Assembly (NCBI GenBank): GCA_051362555.1
Contig: CM120643.1
Location: 20,898,848-20,962,847 of the forward strand
Length of the DNA stretch: 64,000 nucleotides
Direction of reading: 5' to 3'
DNA from: Lingula anatina
Lineage: Eukaryota; Animalia; Brachiopoda
The notes beneath the pieces were generated by a model, which saw nothing but the letters and a program-made list of their open reading frames with translations, was not told where the DNA came from and ran no database searches. Below, piece after piece: positions 52,314 to 64,000 of this stretch. Position 1 is the stretch's first letter. Each line of letters begins with the position of its first letter. The translations under genes were made by a program, and so were the position numbers.

Positions 52314-54733
52314 ACATGCCAGACGGGTTATGGCGAGTACGTTTACATTACGCTGCCGTGCCACCGGTGGTCGGTTGAAAAGAGATTGTGCGGAGTACGC
52401 CTTCCGCGCGGCTTTCTTGAAGAACATCAGAGTTTATGGAACTATGGCACATCAGAGTTTCAAATTCGTACAAGTGAACAATATTAGTTTTAAACATCTT
52501 AACTATTGTTATGCCTCCTAAAACACCAAAGGTGGAAGGGCAAGAGTATAATGCCATCTACAATAACAGGTTCAACCATTATCACGATCACCGCAAGTCC
52601 ACCGAACAGTGCCCCGTACTTTGTGATGCCATCTAGGATAGTGCTACAGCCTTTTTTAAAAAATGTCAAAAGTTTAAGCTTAGAGGCTTCGGGGGCAGTG
52701 AATCTGCACAATTTCGCACGATTTTGCATGGCCACCGCTTGCCTTCGAGCAGACGCCGCACAAAAAAGGCTGTACGGGCAATATACCAGCAACGCACAGA
52801 CATCGCATAATCTAGGCTTTAATTCATCAGCACGCAATACCGTGTAATGTATGCCAACAGTGACATTTTCTGAGACGCAGCAAGCAGATGATATTAGGCA
52901 AATCGCCCATTTTTCTATACTTCGCGATCTCGTTTAACTTAGCATGAAATCTGAATGAGAACAAAAAAGTAATCTGTGTTAAGGTAATTAGCTGTCAGTG
53001 ATGAGAATTAGCACTCTATGAGTGTTGATGAGATTACTTTAGCTACGATGTGTTCCTTGATTGACCTGAAACATGAGACAAAAATTCAACTTTGAAAAAT
53101 AAAAGAAAAGACGGGAGCGGGGCAGATTCCTCTGTTTCAGTTCACTTATAGGTTGAAAAGACTTAATTAAAGATTATATATCCTGAAATATATCATATTA
53201 TATGACATAAATTCAGTACCTTATTTTATTTGCTTACTTATGTGTCAATCTTCATATCCAACATAACATGAGGAACTATGCTGATCAACATGTCGACAAC
53301 AAGTAGGGTTGGCTTTGTACTAGGATGCCAAATTTGACTGTTGAAATACCTGGAAGCGTGTGTTGACCAAACCACAATAATTCCGAAAGTGTGTAGACAG
53401 AAATTCCATAGAGCGGCAGATAAAATCGCTAAAATTAGCATAGTGGTTTTATTTGAAGTGATTAGTGATGAAATATATACAGAGTTCTTTTACGAAAATC
53501 AGTTGCATCGTCCTATAGTGCTCATCCACAGCTCCCTTTGCTTTTTTTCTGATACGAGTAAGTAGAGAACATCAAGAAACCGAAAATAGGACTTTCAGCC
53601 AAATATCGCTGAAATGGCGTCACCAGCAAAATGACCAAATCTTTTTTGGAAGACAAATATTGTCCATGAACACTTTATGCTTATATTACAACAACCAGTA
53701 TTATATGAAGTCGTTTAAAGCCCGAATTTGGCTAACAGAGTATAAAATTGCAATTTGCTATAATTGTATTAATATTTCATTTACGAGTGTTTTACTTCAG
53801 AGGTTAACTGGTAAATAAAACAAACATTGTAGAAAACGGTAAAATGATCAAAAATAAATTAAATAAGCTAGAAATGCACTCGGAGCCAGTTAAGACAGCA
53901 CAATTGTTATTTGAACCAATTAATAAATTGATCGATGGATCATCACTAAAACATAATTGACTCTAAGTTTGTCTGTTCCGACCTATCCCGAGAGTTAAAT
54001 TGAAATCCATCATCCGTTACTTTTTGAGTTAGACTGTTACCAAACTAACCTTAATAAGCAAAAACCAAACTGTTTTTGACAGAGTTAATGAAACAAACAA
54101 ATAGATAAATAGTGTCCCTTGTTTAAATAGACACTACTGTCTTAACAGACTCCCTTCAAAACCCCTGAAACGTAAAAAGATCCCCATCTTGTGGCATGAG
54201 TCATTTTACCGGTAACCACGTAGACTCGACTAGTTTGCATGTTTTAGAGAGCTTAAAAATAGAAGCCACTGCTTATATATACGATTAATTTACTTCAACG
54301 CGAGCAGAAAGTACAAAGGATTTATGCAAACCCTAGAATACACCAAATATATGTATGTATGCAATCAGCCTAACAAGACCAAATTCATAATTATACTCAA
54401 GATGCACATAATACATGTTAATAAAATGGTAACACAATGTCAGCATTAGGAAAATGAACAGTATACAACATATATCAAACGGCACACGTCACGCGTGTAC
54501 CTGCCTCTCCAAAGATTCTACTGAGCTAAAATCTAACTCATAGAAGCCCTTGTTTTAATAGATCTGCTGGTGGCGTTCCCCGGGAATTCTTCATTCAAAT
54601 GTAGACCGAGCTGCTAATGGGTAAAATACGGTAAATAAATACATTGAAAATTGTCTTTGCTATTCTAAAAACCATATCTAACATGATTTATAGTACTCAT
54701 CTAGATAATCGTTTATTCAAATTAAATATATGA

Positions 54734-55145
54734 AGCCCCTTTAAAAATGTTCATAGGATTTAAAAGACACCGCCATATGCCACAGAACAGACATACAATT
54801 AACATCAGAACGTGCTCACGTGTCTAATAGAGTGTGCGTCTACCGCGTATTGCAATTATCTTCCTAGAAGAACCGCAAGTCTGTGCAGCTAAGTGGGATC
54901 TTCCTGAAGTTTTTCCAGGGGTTATACGTTTAGTTTAATCTTTTATTTAAATTTAGAATAAAGAGCCCCTTTAATAATGTTCATAGGATTTAAAAGACAC
55001 CGCCATATGCCACCAAACAGACACACAATTAACATCAGAACGTGCTCACGTGTCTAATAGAGTGTGCGTCTACCGCGTATTGCAATAATCTTTCTACAAG
55101 AACCACAAGTCTGTGCAGCTAAGTGGGATCTTCCTGATGTTTTTC
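54734..55145. repeat. Tandem duplication: two ~182-bp copies, period 230 bp
   Basis: 54734-54915 and 54964-55145 differ at only a handful of positions. Confidence 0.95.
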
Positions 55146-55213
55146 TTGAGATTGGCCCGTATTATTTAATGAATGGGGTTATTTGATCCGTGCACCACAC
55201 GCCATAATTTATC

Positions 55214-55248
55214 CATGGACATAATAAGAGATTATTATTAGGTCCATG
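55214..55248. mobile_element. 35-bp TIR-only remnant with 7-bp TSD (P-superfamily-like footprint)
   Basis: ATTTATC|CATGGACATAATAAGAG ATTATTATTAGGTCCATG|ATTTATC; arms match 13/14. Confidence 0.7.
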
Positions 55249-56280
55249 ATTTATCCAACCGACGCTCCGTGAAGCTAGTATTAGGATTTAAAGATGGGTT
55301 TTCCGTCCTCTTAAAGAAACAAGTAACTAAAATAAAACAAAATAAAATGAGCAGCAGTAACATTGTCCTCGTTAAAAACTTGTGATGAAAAAAAAAAAAA
55401 AAAAAAAAAAAAACGTAAATCTGTCAAAAGAGTGATAAAGTCGGTAGGCCGCGTGAAGATGGGTGGGGGATTCTTCTCCCGATTCTTCCACTCAAAACAC
55501 AGTTTTTAAGTTACAACTGCCAAAAAACGAGACAAAACCATGCAATTTTCCCGTCCCTGTGCCTACACTTTTCAGTCAGACTGTACTCATCTATTCTTCA
55601 TATGAACCTGGCTTTGCTTATGTATATATGTATTTATTTATTTATAAGAATAGGGTATTTAGTGGTAGGGGCACATTCACTTATTAAAGAAGTCGAGCAA
55701 TTATCTTATTACATTATTTGATTTAAGAATTTCTTAAGAAAGGTTTTTTTTTTTAGTGGCAATTTATTCTTACATCACTTTTCAAAGATAAAATTTTCAT
55801 TTTCATATTCGTACACTCATTTTGCTTTGTGCATAAACATCATGTGCCTCTTGTTACAAATAATAATAAAATGAATCATTATTTTAATGAAAAACTTCGA
55901 TCATCATTATTATCCCTTCTATTATATTACTACTACTACTACATTATTACATCGGCTCTCTTCCGTGTCATTTTATTTATCATTTTTAAGAAGATATTTA
56001 TTCCGTTATTGCGACGGAAAACATCCTCCTAAAATGAGTTTGCGGTGGCAGCTGCGCCAGTTCTCCTGGTAACGGTGTCACTGTAAAATGCAACCACAAT
56101 GTTTTGGTTGAGACGGGTACAGGTTGATATTGTAGTAGGTGAGATGAGAGACGTCACCGCCAAGACAACACTTGAAGGGAAAGCGTTGTTGTAATAATGT
56201 TGCTGCAAGGAATTAAAATTTTTTGAACTGAAAGTACAAGCACAACGCAGCAACAAAGTCGATATAAAGTTAAACGAAAG

Positions 56281-56340
<60 letters not shown>

Positions 56341-56361
56341 GTGAGAAAGAGAGAGTGAGAG
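56281..56361. repeat. Compound (CT)n(GT)n(GA)n microsatellite
   Basis: Directly visible. Confidence 0.95.
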
Positions 56362-57537
56362 AATCCGACTGTTCCTTTCAAGAAAAACCAAAGACATGAT
56401 AATTATCATATTATTTACTTTGAAATGAACAGAGAGATGTATGAAATTTATGAAATATTGTAGACTTGATCTGAAGTTCCCTTTCTCTTAAAAAGTAACT
56501 TCTTTGCTTCCTTAATACTAGCATTAACTCAATATTTAGTAAGTTTCTCAGGTGAAATGCAAAACAAAAACAATGATGATTTAATGAGTCACAAATACAC
56601 AGCTTTTGCAGTGTTTTCAACAGATACAAAAATAACATTCTTGTAACAATAGACAAATGCACAGTAAATACAAATATTTCTACAATGCAATAAACACACA
56701 TGGAATGGTGATTGTCTCAAATTACATCTGCACATAAAACTGACAATAAAATGTATATTTAAACAAGCAGCAGTGTCTCTAAGAATTATTCTTTTGTCCC
56801 CAAATATTGAACAATAAGTCAACTTGTGATTGAAAAAAGCTCTTACTTATCTTAAAATCCTTAAAAGACCCCCAGATGACAAAATTTACATTTATAACTC
56901 AAAATTATTGAAAAAAGTACTGAAAAAAGCAATCTGGTGAAGATTTTCATTTTTTGGCAATATTTTGGGAAAGCCAACATTTCCAGCTTAACACAGAGTA
57001 CTTTCTTCAAATCAACATTTTATATTAACTATCTCTACATTCATATGACTGTATCAGTCAACTAACTAAATGTCATCTCTATACTTCTTCTAATCAAAAT
57101 AAAAATATACCCAAGTAAACTGCCCTTTAAAATAGGACAGAGAAAAAGAACATGCTGCATAACTCGGACACTTTCGACTTGGAAAATTTGTCAAATTGTG
57201 CCAAGATTCAACTCAGGCATTGTTCACAAAGTTTCAGCTCACAACAAAGGAGAAATCTGCTCCACAAAATCAATTCAAGGTAAGCAATAACTTGTGTTAT
57301 AAGGTGGCAAGCTATGTTCAGTCTACTGTACTTTTCATTAGAATGGCATCAATAAAGTTGTCTGACTAGATTGACACTTAAAAGGTGCACCTCTATTACA
57401 AATGAGCATTTTAAACATGAGTACTTAAAATATGGCTACAGACTTAAAGCAGCTAGAAACCCATACTGGCAATGCACAATACGATTCAACTTGTATAAAT
57501 AATAAATAACACTTGTAGACCATAAAACCCAAAAAGT

Positions 57538-58203
57538 TCATTTCTTTGCAGAAATTGATGAGCGTTTTTCCCCACTCTTTGCAGAGGGAGGTCTCTGTTT
57601 AGTTGATGTGTGCTCGACTGCTTTCAGTACTGGTAAAGTAGGAGGTTGCTTCCCTCTTACAAAATGTCTCAAGTCTTCATTTTCATCCTTTACAAAATTC
57701 AGTTCCCTCTTTAATTCGACAAAATTCTTAAAGGACCGGTCAGCACCAATATGCTTTTTAAGTTTTTCAATTTCTTTAAGCAGTCTCTCTATTTCTCTCT
57801 CTAGTTCTTGTCTGATTGTCTCCGACTTCTCTACCCTGATTTGGAGCTCTGCAATTTGAGCACGTAAACGTGCTATGAGGTCTTCATAATCTTTCTCCTT
57901 CTGAGCAAATTCTTTCTTTTCATTGTTCAACTTTGTCAGCTTCTTTCGGAGGGCTTCAATGAGTTCGTCCTTACTCTTGTCATTTTTGAGATCAGTAAGT
58001 TCTTTTTCCAGCTGCGCCACCTGGAACCTGAGCTCTCGGCTCTCCTGTCGAGCTGCTACTAGTTCCTCGCTCAGCTCCGCCTTGGCCTTGGACATTTTCT
58101 GGATCTCTGCCACCTGAGAGGCATTGCCCTCCTTCAGCTGCTTGTTCTCAGCCTTCAGATGTTGAACCTCATCTTGAAGGGACTCTATCCTCAGTGTGAG
58201 CAT
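57538..58203 (-). CDS. Uncharacterised coiled-coil protein, last coding exon (5)
   Basis: 666-nt open frame with strong heptad E/K/L composition. Acceptor cttctag| at 58204, stop TGA at 57538. Confidence 0.9.
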   Translation of the reverse strand: MLTLRIESLQDEVQHLKAENKQLKEGNASQVAEIQKMSKAKAELSEELVAARQESRELRFQVAQLEKELTDLKNDKSKDELIEALRKKLTKLNNEKKEFAQKEKDYEDLIARLRAQIAELQIRVEKSETIRQELEREIERLLKEIEKLKKHIGADRSFKNFVELKRELNFVKDENEDLRHFVRGKQPPTLPVLKAVEHTSTKQRPPSAKSGEKRSSISAKK

Positions 58204-58702
58204 CTAGAAGACAGTTTTAACATTATGTACTTTGTGAAATTTCTGTGGAATGTGACTTTTAGAATTAATTTTTTTAATAGTCATAGAGTTATCAAAAATA
58301 TGTCCTATAATATTTGGAGTAATACATAATTTAGTGGACAGACAACCATATCTAATGATATGATGGGTACATAAAATATTCCAAAAATCTTACTCGTTAA
58401 AGCCGTTTATGGGAATAAAATAATTCATACCATTCCCTACGTTGAGAACAAAAGAACCATTCATGGGTTATTTTGCACACACATAGGTAAAAGTTGCAAA
58501 AATTGAAAATCCTGAAATTGTATCTAGCAATTTCTCATTGCATTTAGACCATATAAAAAGGCAATCACAACAAAGACTGAAAATAACGATGTCAGGCACA
58601 ATCCTGAAAACTTTTAGCCATATTTTGCACGCCACTCATGAATGCACCACCTCTGGTTCTTTTGTTCTCCGCATCTTTTATGGTAGAAGTCTGATACACT
58701 AA

Positions 58703-58959
58703 GGCTTCGTTCACATGCAATGTCTATTTTCTAAATTCTATTTTCTATTCGCAGTATGTCTTATGATCACAGTCTGTGTCCTGAATATCCCGCGGCGTAA
58801 TTACTGGCAGCGCAAGCCAGTTACTATAAGTTACTATAAGTAACTGGCTCGCGCTGCCAGTAATTACGCCGCAGGATATTCAGGACACAGACCGTGATCA
58901 TAAGATAGCGCGAATAGAAAATAGAATTTAGAAAATAGACATTACATGTGAACGAAGCC
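58703..58959. mobile_element. Fully palindromic Tourist/PIF-Harbinger-type MITE with TAA TSD
   Basis: TAA|GGCTTCGTTCACATG...CATGTGAACGAAGCC|TAA. Arms are complementary over ~120 bp; the centre has a tandem ttactataag duplication. Confidence 0.93.
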
Positions 58960-59098
58960 TAATGGTCAGCAAGGTGCAAGTGCTTTATACTAGTCCATAA
59001 CACTTGTGTATACTCCATACATTTGGCTATTACTCAGGGTGTATCTATTATGTAGCACACACGTGTCATTTTTTTTGCCACCAGGGTGCACCACCTAC

Positions 59099-59188
59099 CT
59101 CCACCTTGCCCTCATTGCGCCTGTAGATGTCAAGTTGACCCAAGAGTTTCTCGTTACTTTGTTTTAGCTTTTCTACTTCTTCTTTCAG
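59099..59188 (-). CDS. Coiled-coil protein exon 4 (LKEEVEKLKQSNEKLLGQLDIYRRNEGKVE)
   Basis: Acceptor ttttttccag|, donor |gtaggt, 90 nt, phase 0-0. Confidence 0.85.
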
Positions 59189-59792
59189 CTGGAAAAAATG
59201 TGATGCAATAAAATTACACATCTGTAACTCTCATATATTATTAATTTTGTGTTGGTACCATCACTGCAGTGTGTATTCAAATAAAAAATGATTTTTATTC
59301 AAGGGGGAAAATAGCTGAAAAGTACATCTTTCAGCAATTCTTCTGTAAGTATCTATTTACTGTTTAAAGAACCCTGATATTTAATTGAACAGGGATTCTC
59401 TTATTACATCTTAAGTTTGTCACAAGTCATGAATCAGTCTAACCCCAGACTGGATGACCTTACACAACCAAGCTCACTGCGGCCTTCTTCACATTGTGGG
59501 TATCTTTATCAGTATTGCTGTGTTTTGAGGTACTGACAACAAAATATTAGTAGCCAAGCTATAACCTAAGAGAGTCATCTAAATGGAGCCCTGCCCTCTA
59601 TACAACCAGTTATGCGAATGAATTTTCATACATCCAAGCAACTGAGTGCCAACTTGCAAAAGGAAACAAAAGCCCCTGTAGTGTAATTACTGGTGCATAT
59701 TAAAACCAGTCAAATATTGTGATACAGATAAGTATAACGTATGATGTGAAAAGGGACCTAGTGATCAAAACTACATCCAAGTAGTGCTGTCT

Positions 59793-60002
59793 TGGGGTGC
59801 ATTCCAAGCAAGTTCATTCGCTGACTAACAGATCCACAGATCAAACATGGTCAACCGACTGGAAAGCTTGCCATGTTATCCCCTAAGGGACACCGAATAG
59901 AGTACCTGCTGGTATTATGCAGTAAGCTTTCATGTGGGTCAGCCATATTTGATATCAACAGATCTGTTAGTCCACGGATCAACTTTTGTTGTTATTGCGG
60001 CC
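59793..60002. mobile_element. Old degenerate palindromic MITE
   Basis: gactaacagatc...atcaaacatgg versus ccatatttgat...gatctgttagtc, and gaaagctt/aagctttc inverted pairs. Ends ~12 bp from the exon-3 donor. Confidence 0.65.
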
Positions 60003-60014
60003 TTGGCTACTAAC

Positions 60015-60077
60015 CTTGGCCTTTTCATTCTTCCAGCGTTCTTCGGCTTCCAGTTTCTCTGTTATTTGTCTCATTAA
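60015..60077 (-). CDS. Coiled-coil protein exon 3 (LMRQITEKLEAEERWKNEKAK)
   Basis: Acceptor tattttttag|, donor |gttagt, 63 nt, phase 0-0. Confidence 0.85.
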
Positions 60078-60816
60078 CTAAAAAATACAGAGAGGAAAAT
60101 ATATGTTATAACATCCACAAAGCACTTAGGTTATATTAATGACTTAATGCGAAAATCCTCCACTCAAAACATTCATCGGTCATTCATTTTTAATGCACAC
60201 AGAGCAAAACTATTTACCATACATATGGGGTCATGGTATGCCTTGTTTTAATTATTATTTTGGTTATATGTTTTATAATTGTCATGTTTAATGTAATTTT
60301 TTTGCTAACAGGAGAGGCAACAGTGTGCAAACAACCTCCGAATAAATGAAAGAAAAATCCAAGAAATATAAAAAGATGACAAGCTTGAAGAGTAAAGGGG
60401 GAAAGCTACATACAAGGCAAAAGAAAACACTTTAAACAAAATGGCACAAGCAAGGGTATAATAAGAACTGAAATATCAGACTACTGTCCTGCTGCAAATA
60501 TGATGCATCACATATAATCTTGATCTATTATCAAAAAGACGGTAAGAGTTCAAAATTTCCCTCAAAGAACTTTTATTACAAACTGCTGTTTCTTGTGTTT
60601 TTATAACAAGAAAAAAATTTAATTGTTGATGTTTTGAAACTAGGGCCCAGAAAGGGTGGGGGTGGGAGGAGGAGAGAGGGATGAGTAAAACTAAATGTCC
60701 TATTTAAACACCTGGCAGTTACAAATACAAATAAACAGACAGAGAGGTTTGGTTTGCAATTTGCCTAAGACCCTAAATCACATCAGACTGCAGTTGAAAT
60801 CCTCATGGCACCTTAC

Positions 60817-60879
60817 CAGTAACCTGTCTGTTTTCCACAACTGTTCGGCCATCTCCTTCTCTACAATCTGAGCTTTGAT
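60817..60879 (-). CDS. Coiled-coil protein exon 2 (IKAQIVEKEMAEQLWKTDRLL)
   Basis: Acceptor ttttgtttgtag|, donor |gtaagg, 63 nt, phase 0-0. Confidence 0.85.
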
Positions 60880-61403
60880 CTACAAACAAAATCAATACAG
60901 TCCTTCCAATCCCTTGCTAACAAAAACACTTAAGTAGTCTGAGAGCAAGCATCTCCAGAGAAGTTTAAACTGATGGGAAGCTGGCCTAATAACAACTTCA
61001 TAATTTAATGATAAATCATTAATACAGTAAGTAAAAGTTCAGGTCTACAAATATAACACTCAGCGATGCAAATCAAGCTTAATTCTTAAATCTCCTCAGA
61101 AACAAAGAATAGAAATGGCACAGTAGCAAGTCAGTTTAGAATTCTCAGATACATCATGAAATAAGAAACAAAAAGATATGGCTCTGCCTCACCCCCAGTA
61201 GCTACATACTGGTACATTGGTACCCCCTTCCCTTCCTAATACTAGTTAGCAGCAACCCCTCCCCATCTCTAAGGACATCCCCTACTCACCCCTTCCTCAA
61301 AGACACCTCCCTCATCACCCACCCACCCATTCTCAAAGACAAACCCTTCCAATATCTTCCCCAATCTCACTGTTAATCTTCAATTGTTTCATTACAAATC
61401 TAC

Positions 61404-61691
61404 CTTCTCTAACTTGGCCTCCATCGCCTTTTTTGTAGAGACAAGCTCTCGAACAAATTTCAGGTCTACGAGACGTTCCTTTCTCTGCTCCTCATGATCA
61501 CATGGTACACCGCCGCAATGCCAACACTGCATGCTACGCACCCAGCGAGGGTGATTCTCGTCCACATCTAACCAGTCAATAAGGTGAAGCTGGTAAACCC
61601 CATCGCTGCTGCGCATTCTGTTAATATTGTGCGCCAGGCATGGATGGATCCCAAAGTCCACAGACTCTGACTTGTGTAGCATGTTGGTCAT
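61404..61691 (-). CDS. Coiled-coil protein exon 1 with a Cys/His-containing N-terminal domain
   Basis: ATG at 61691 with an in-frame upstream TAA. 96 codons to donor AAG|gtagat, which keeps frame with exon 2. Contains CWHCGGVPCDH. Confidence 0.75.
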
Positions 61692-64000
61692 GGGTGTATA
61701 AATATGTACCTCAGCAACAGGTGTTTATATACTGGACAGCTAGTCCTACTTCAACACCTAATCACAGGTGTATTTCATACATTTCAAAGTGCCTTACACT
61801 AAAGTGATATGGCCAGACTTTTCAATTTCGTTGCATTTCTTTTAGAATTCATCACAAAACCTATTCCAACTCAAACACTTTTGCCCTTAGGAATGTCAAT
61901 GTCACAATTCAGGAAAAATACATCTGCCAGAGTTTTATATCCTCAGATCCCAGCTTGCTCTGCTCTTCTGTTCATGTAGATGTGATGGCTTTTGTTTCAT
62001 GAATTTTTTTTTAAAGAGTTTTTTTACAGTTTCTGTAACAAAAGACCTCCCTAAAATTAACAGTGCATCTCTTAGTACTGCAGATATCCTAATTATTTAG
62101 CAGCTTTTCTGCAATCAAATTCTCTATTCACAAATCCACTGCACAAACCAGCCTTGCTGATATGGTTGGTAGGCAACAGGAGGCAGGCTCCAATACTGCT
62201 TTATAGCTAGGATGTTTCTGTAGCTGTTCCAAACATGCACATACTGAGCTTCGTGGCTGTAGAACTCTGTGATACACTGAATATATGTGTGCCCACCACT
62301 TTGCCACCACTGCCTAAACTCACAAATGCTTCTCCCTACATCACTTGTCTGGGTCTTGCGGAAATACCTCGGCCAGTCACTCACAAAGCCAGGTGTATCA
62401 TGCTCCTGTTACCACTTCAAAAGTGTCCTGTTGCTATGCTAGCCAATACAGGTGCTACTTCAAAGAGACACACCACACAGCCTCCATTACACTGTGAAAT
62501 GAGCTGTTAATCCAATTAAATCATCTGGCCCCATATTAATCATTGCTGCAGTCTACACCATGCTTACTGATGTGGGCATTTTAAGTCATGGTTGCTATAA
62601 ACTCCAGCAAGCCTTGATTTCAGCACATTGATTTAGTGTGACCTTTGATCAGTGTTTTAACATGTTCAGAAATCCCATACTTCCCCATCGGATGTAACAA
62701 GCTACTGTGCTATCACATTTCTCACGAGCCTGGCTCAGCTGCCTGGTATCCAGGATTAAAATACAACAACAGTGTTTAAGTTAGGCACTTAATATCAATA
62801 CTGTTATTCCACCAGTTTTTGTCCTCAAAAAGGCAATTCAGATTGCTGTTTGTTTAGCTCTATGATTACAGAGGCCTGCCGATATAAAGGGTGTCATATA
62901 ATAGGAATGCAATTCATATTTCTCTTACAAACACAGCCTGATATTGGATTTTGTTTACAAAGAAAATCAATGAAAGGCTCACGCTTTGTTTAATTTATGA
63001 TAAAATCTTTTGCAGGTACAATTACCACCAGGTGGCACCAGTTGACCATTTAAGAACCAAGTAACCTCCAATTTCTTATGAATAGAATTCAAGGCTTAGG
63101 TTTCAATTTAAATGTACAATAACAAAGTGTACTTAACCTCATCAAAAAAGGAGTGAAGCTCAATAAATGTTTACGTAGAAAATACTAGTTTTTTCTTGAT
63201 AGTCTTCAGGTAAATTAAACATGTTAAGCTGGCAAATATAACCTAAAAAGGCATAATTAGAATATAATTATCATTCCCATCATATTTATATGATAATTTC
63301 TTATGCTTTTTAAATACAGTTTTCTAGTACAACCTTAACTGATCATTTAAGAATGTGTTTTACTGTAACAAAGGTTGAAATACTCAGTATTTAGTTTGTA
63401 TCTTTTAAAAATATTTTCCTGCACTTATGTGAAATTTTCCATCTTAAAAGATACTAAGCGCAAAGAATCCCACTTGAGTGTGCAAAATGATTGCACAATA
63501 AATTATACAAGTATGCATTTTGCAATAATTTTGTTTGATAAACTAAGGCAAATGTGCTGAATATATATAGGTACAAGTTAGTGTCACTTATGCTGAGGCT
63601 TTTAGCAAATATACAGCTTTGTGACCTGAAAACATCATTAACTTTTCTCATTTGATCAACATCACAATATTTCTGAAGCTGTTGTTAGATTTTTAAATTA
63701 TTTAGAATGTTGGTGCTCACTCCTGTATCATTTCATCTTCATTCTAACACAAACTCAACCATTCACACACAAGCAAACAGTTCACATTACAAATCAAATC
63801 TGAGTATTGGTCATATAAATCTAATGTTTTATAACAGGTATTTAAAAAAATAAGTGCTATAATACTACTTACTAAATTGTTCCTTAGATTCAAAGTATAT
63901 TAATTACAAAAATTACACACAAGCAATATACTGGGTTCAAAGTGTGTTTTATTTGGATGCAGTGCAACTGGTCACATGAGTTTTTGTGTGTGTGCATAAT

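Noticed and set aside
52330-52847. Overlapping 60-113 aa ORFs on both strands
   Set aside because: No recognisable domain or splice structure. Higher GC in CpG-rich DNA explains the ORF length.
53860-54100. Possible interspersed repeat (ctagaaatgcactcggag ... tactttttgagtta ...)
   Set aside because: Looks like a decayed non-autonomous element, but no termini or TSD could be defined and there is no second copy in the window.

Overview
AT-rich animal genomic DNA. Spliceosomal introns, microsatellites, MITEs and CpG-depleted gene bodies point to an invertebrate, possibly a mollusc or other lophotrochozoan (inference only). Two protein-coding genes are supported. (1) THTPA, a CYTH-family thiamine triphosphatase, on the + strand with coding exons 38836-39403 and 44396-44529 (233 aa). 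(2) An uncharacterised 389-aa coiled-coil protein on the - strand, in five phase-0 exons (61691 to 57538). A CpG-rich island at about 17.05-17.96 kb looks like a bidirectional promoter. It would drive THTPA across a ~21-kb first intron, and a - strand gene whose non-coding exons run off the left edge (possibly a Zfhx/zfh2 orthologue, by analogy with the human THTPA-ZFHX2 arrangement). The introns carry many TAAT-rich enhancer-like blocks. The most notable small elements are a type I hammerhead ribozyme in a Penelope-like remnant (33793-33861, -), a GC-rich, highly foldable 231-bp segment between 10-bp direct repeats (17068-17298), a TG..CA solo-LTR-like element built around a tRNA cloverleaf (18328-18489), a 35-bp P-element-type footprint (55214-55248), nested DNA transposons (51215-52313) and minisatellites with higher-order structure. 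All calls were made by eye; no searches or folding programs were run.
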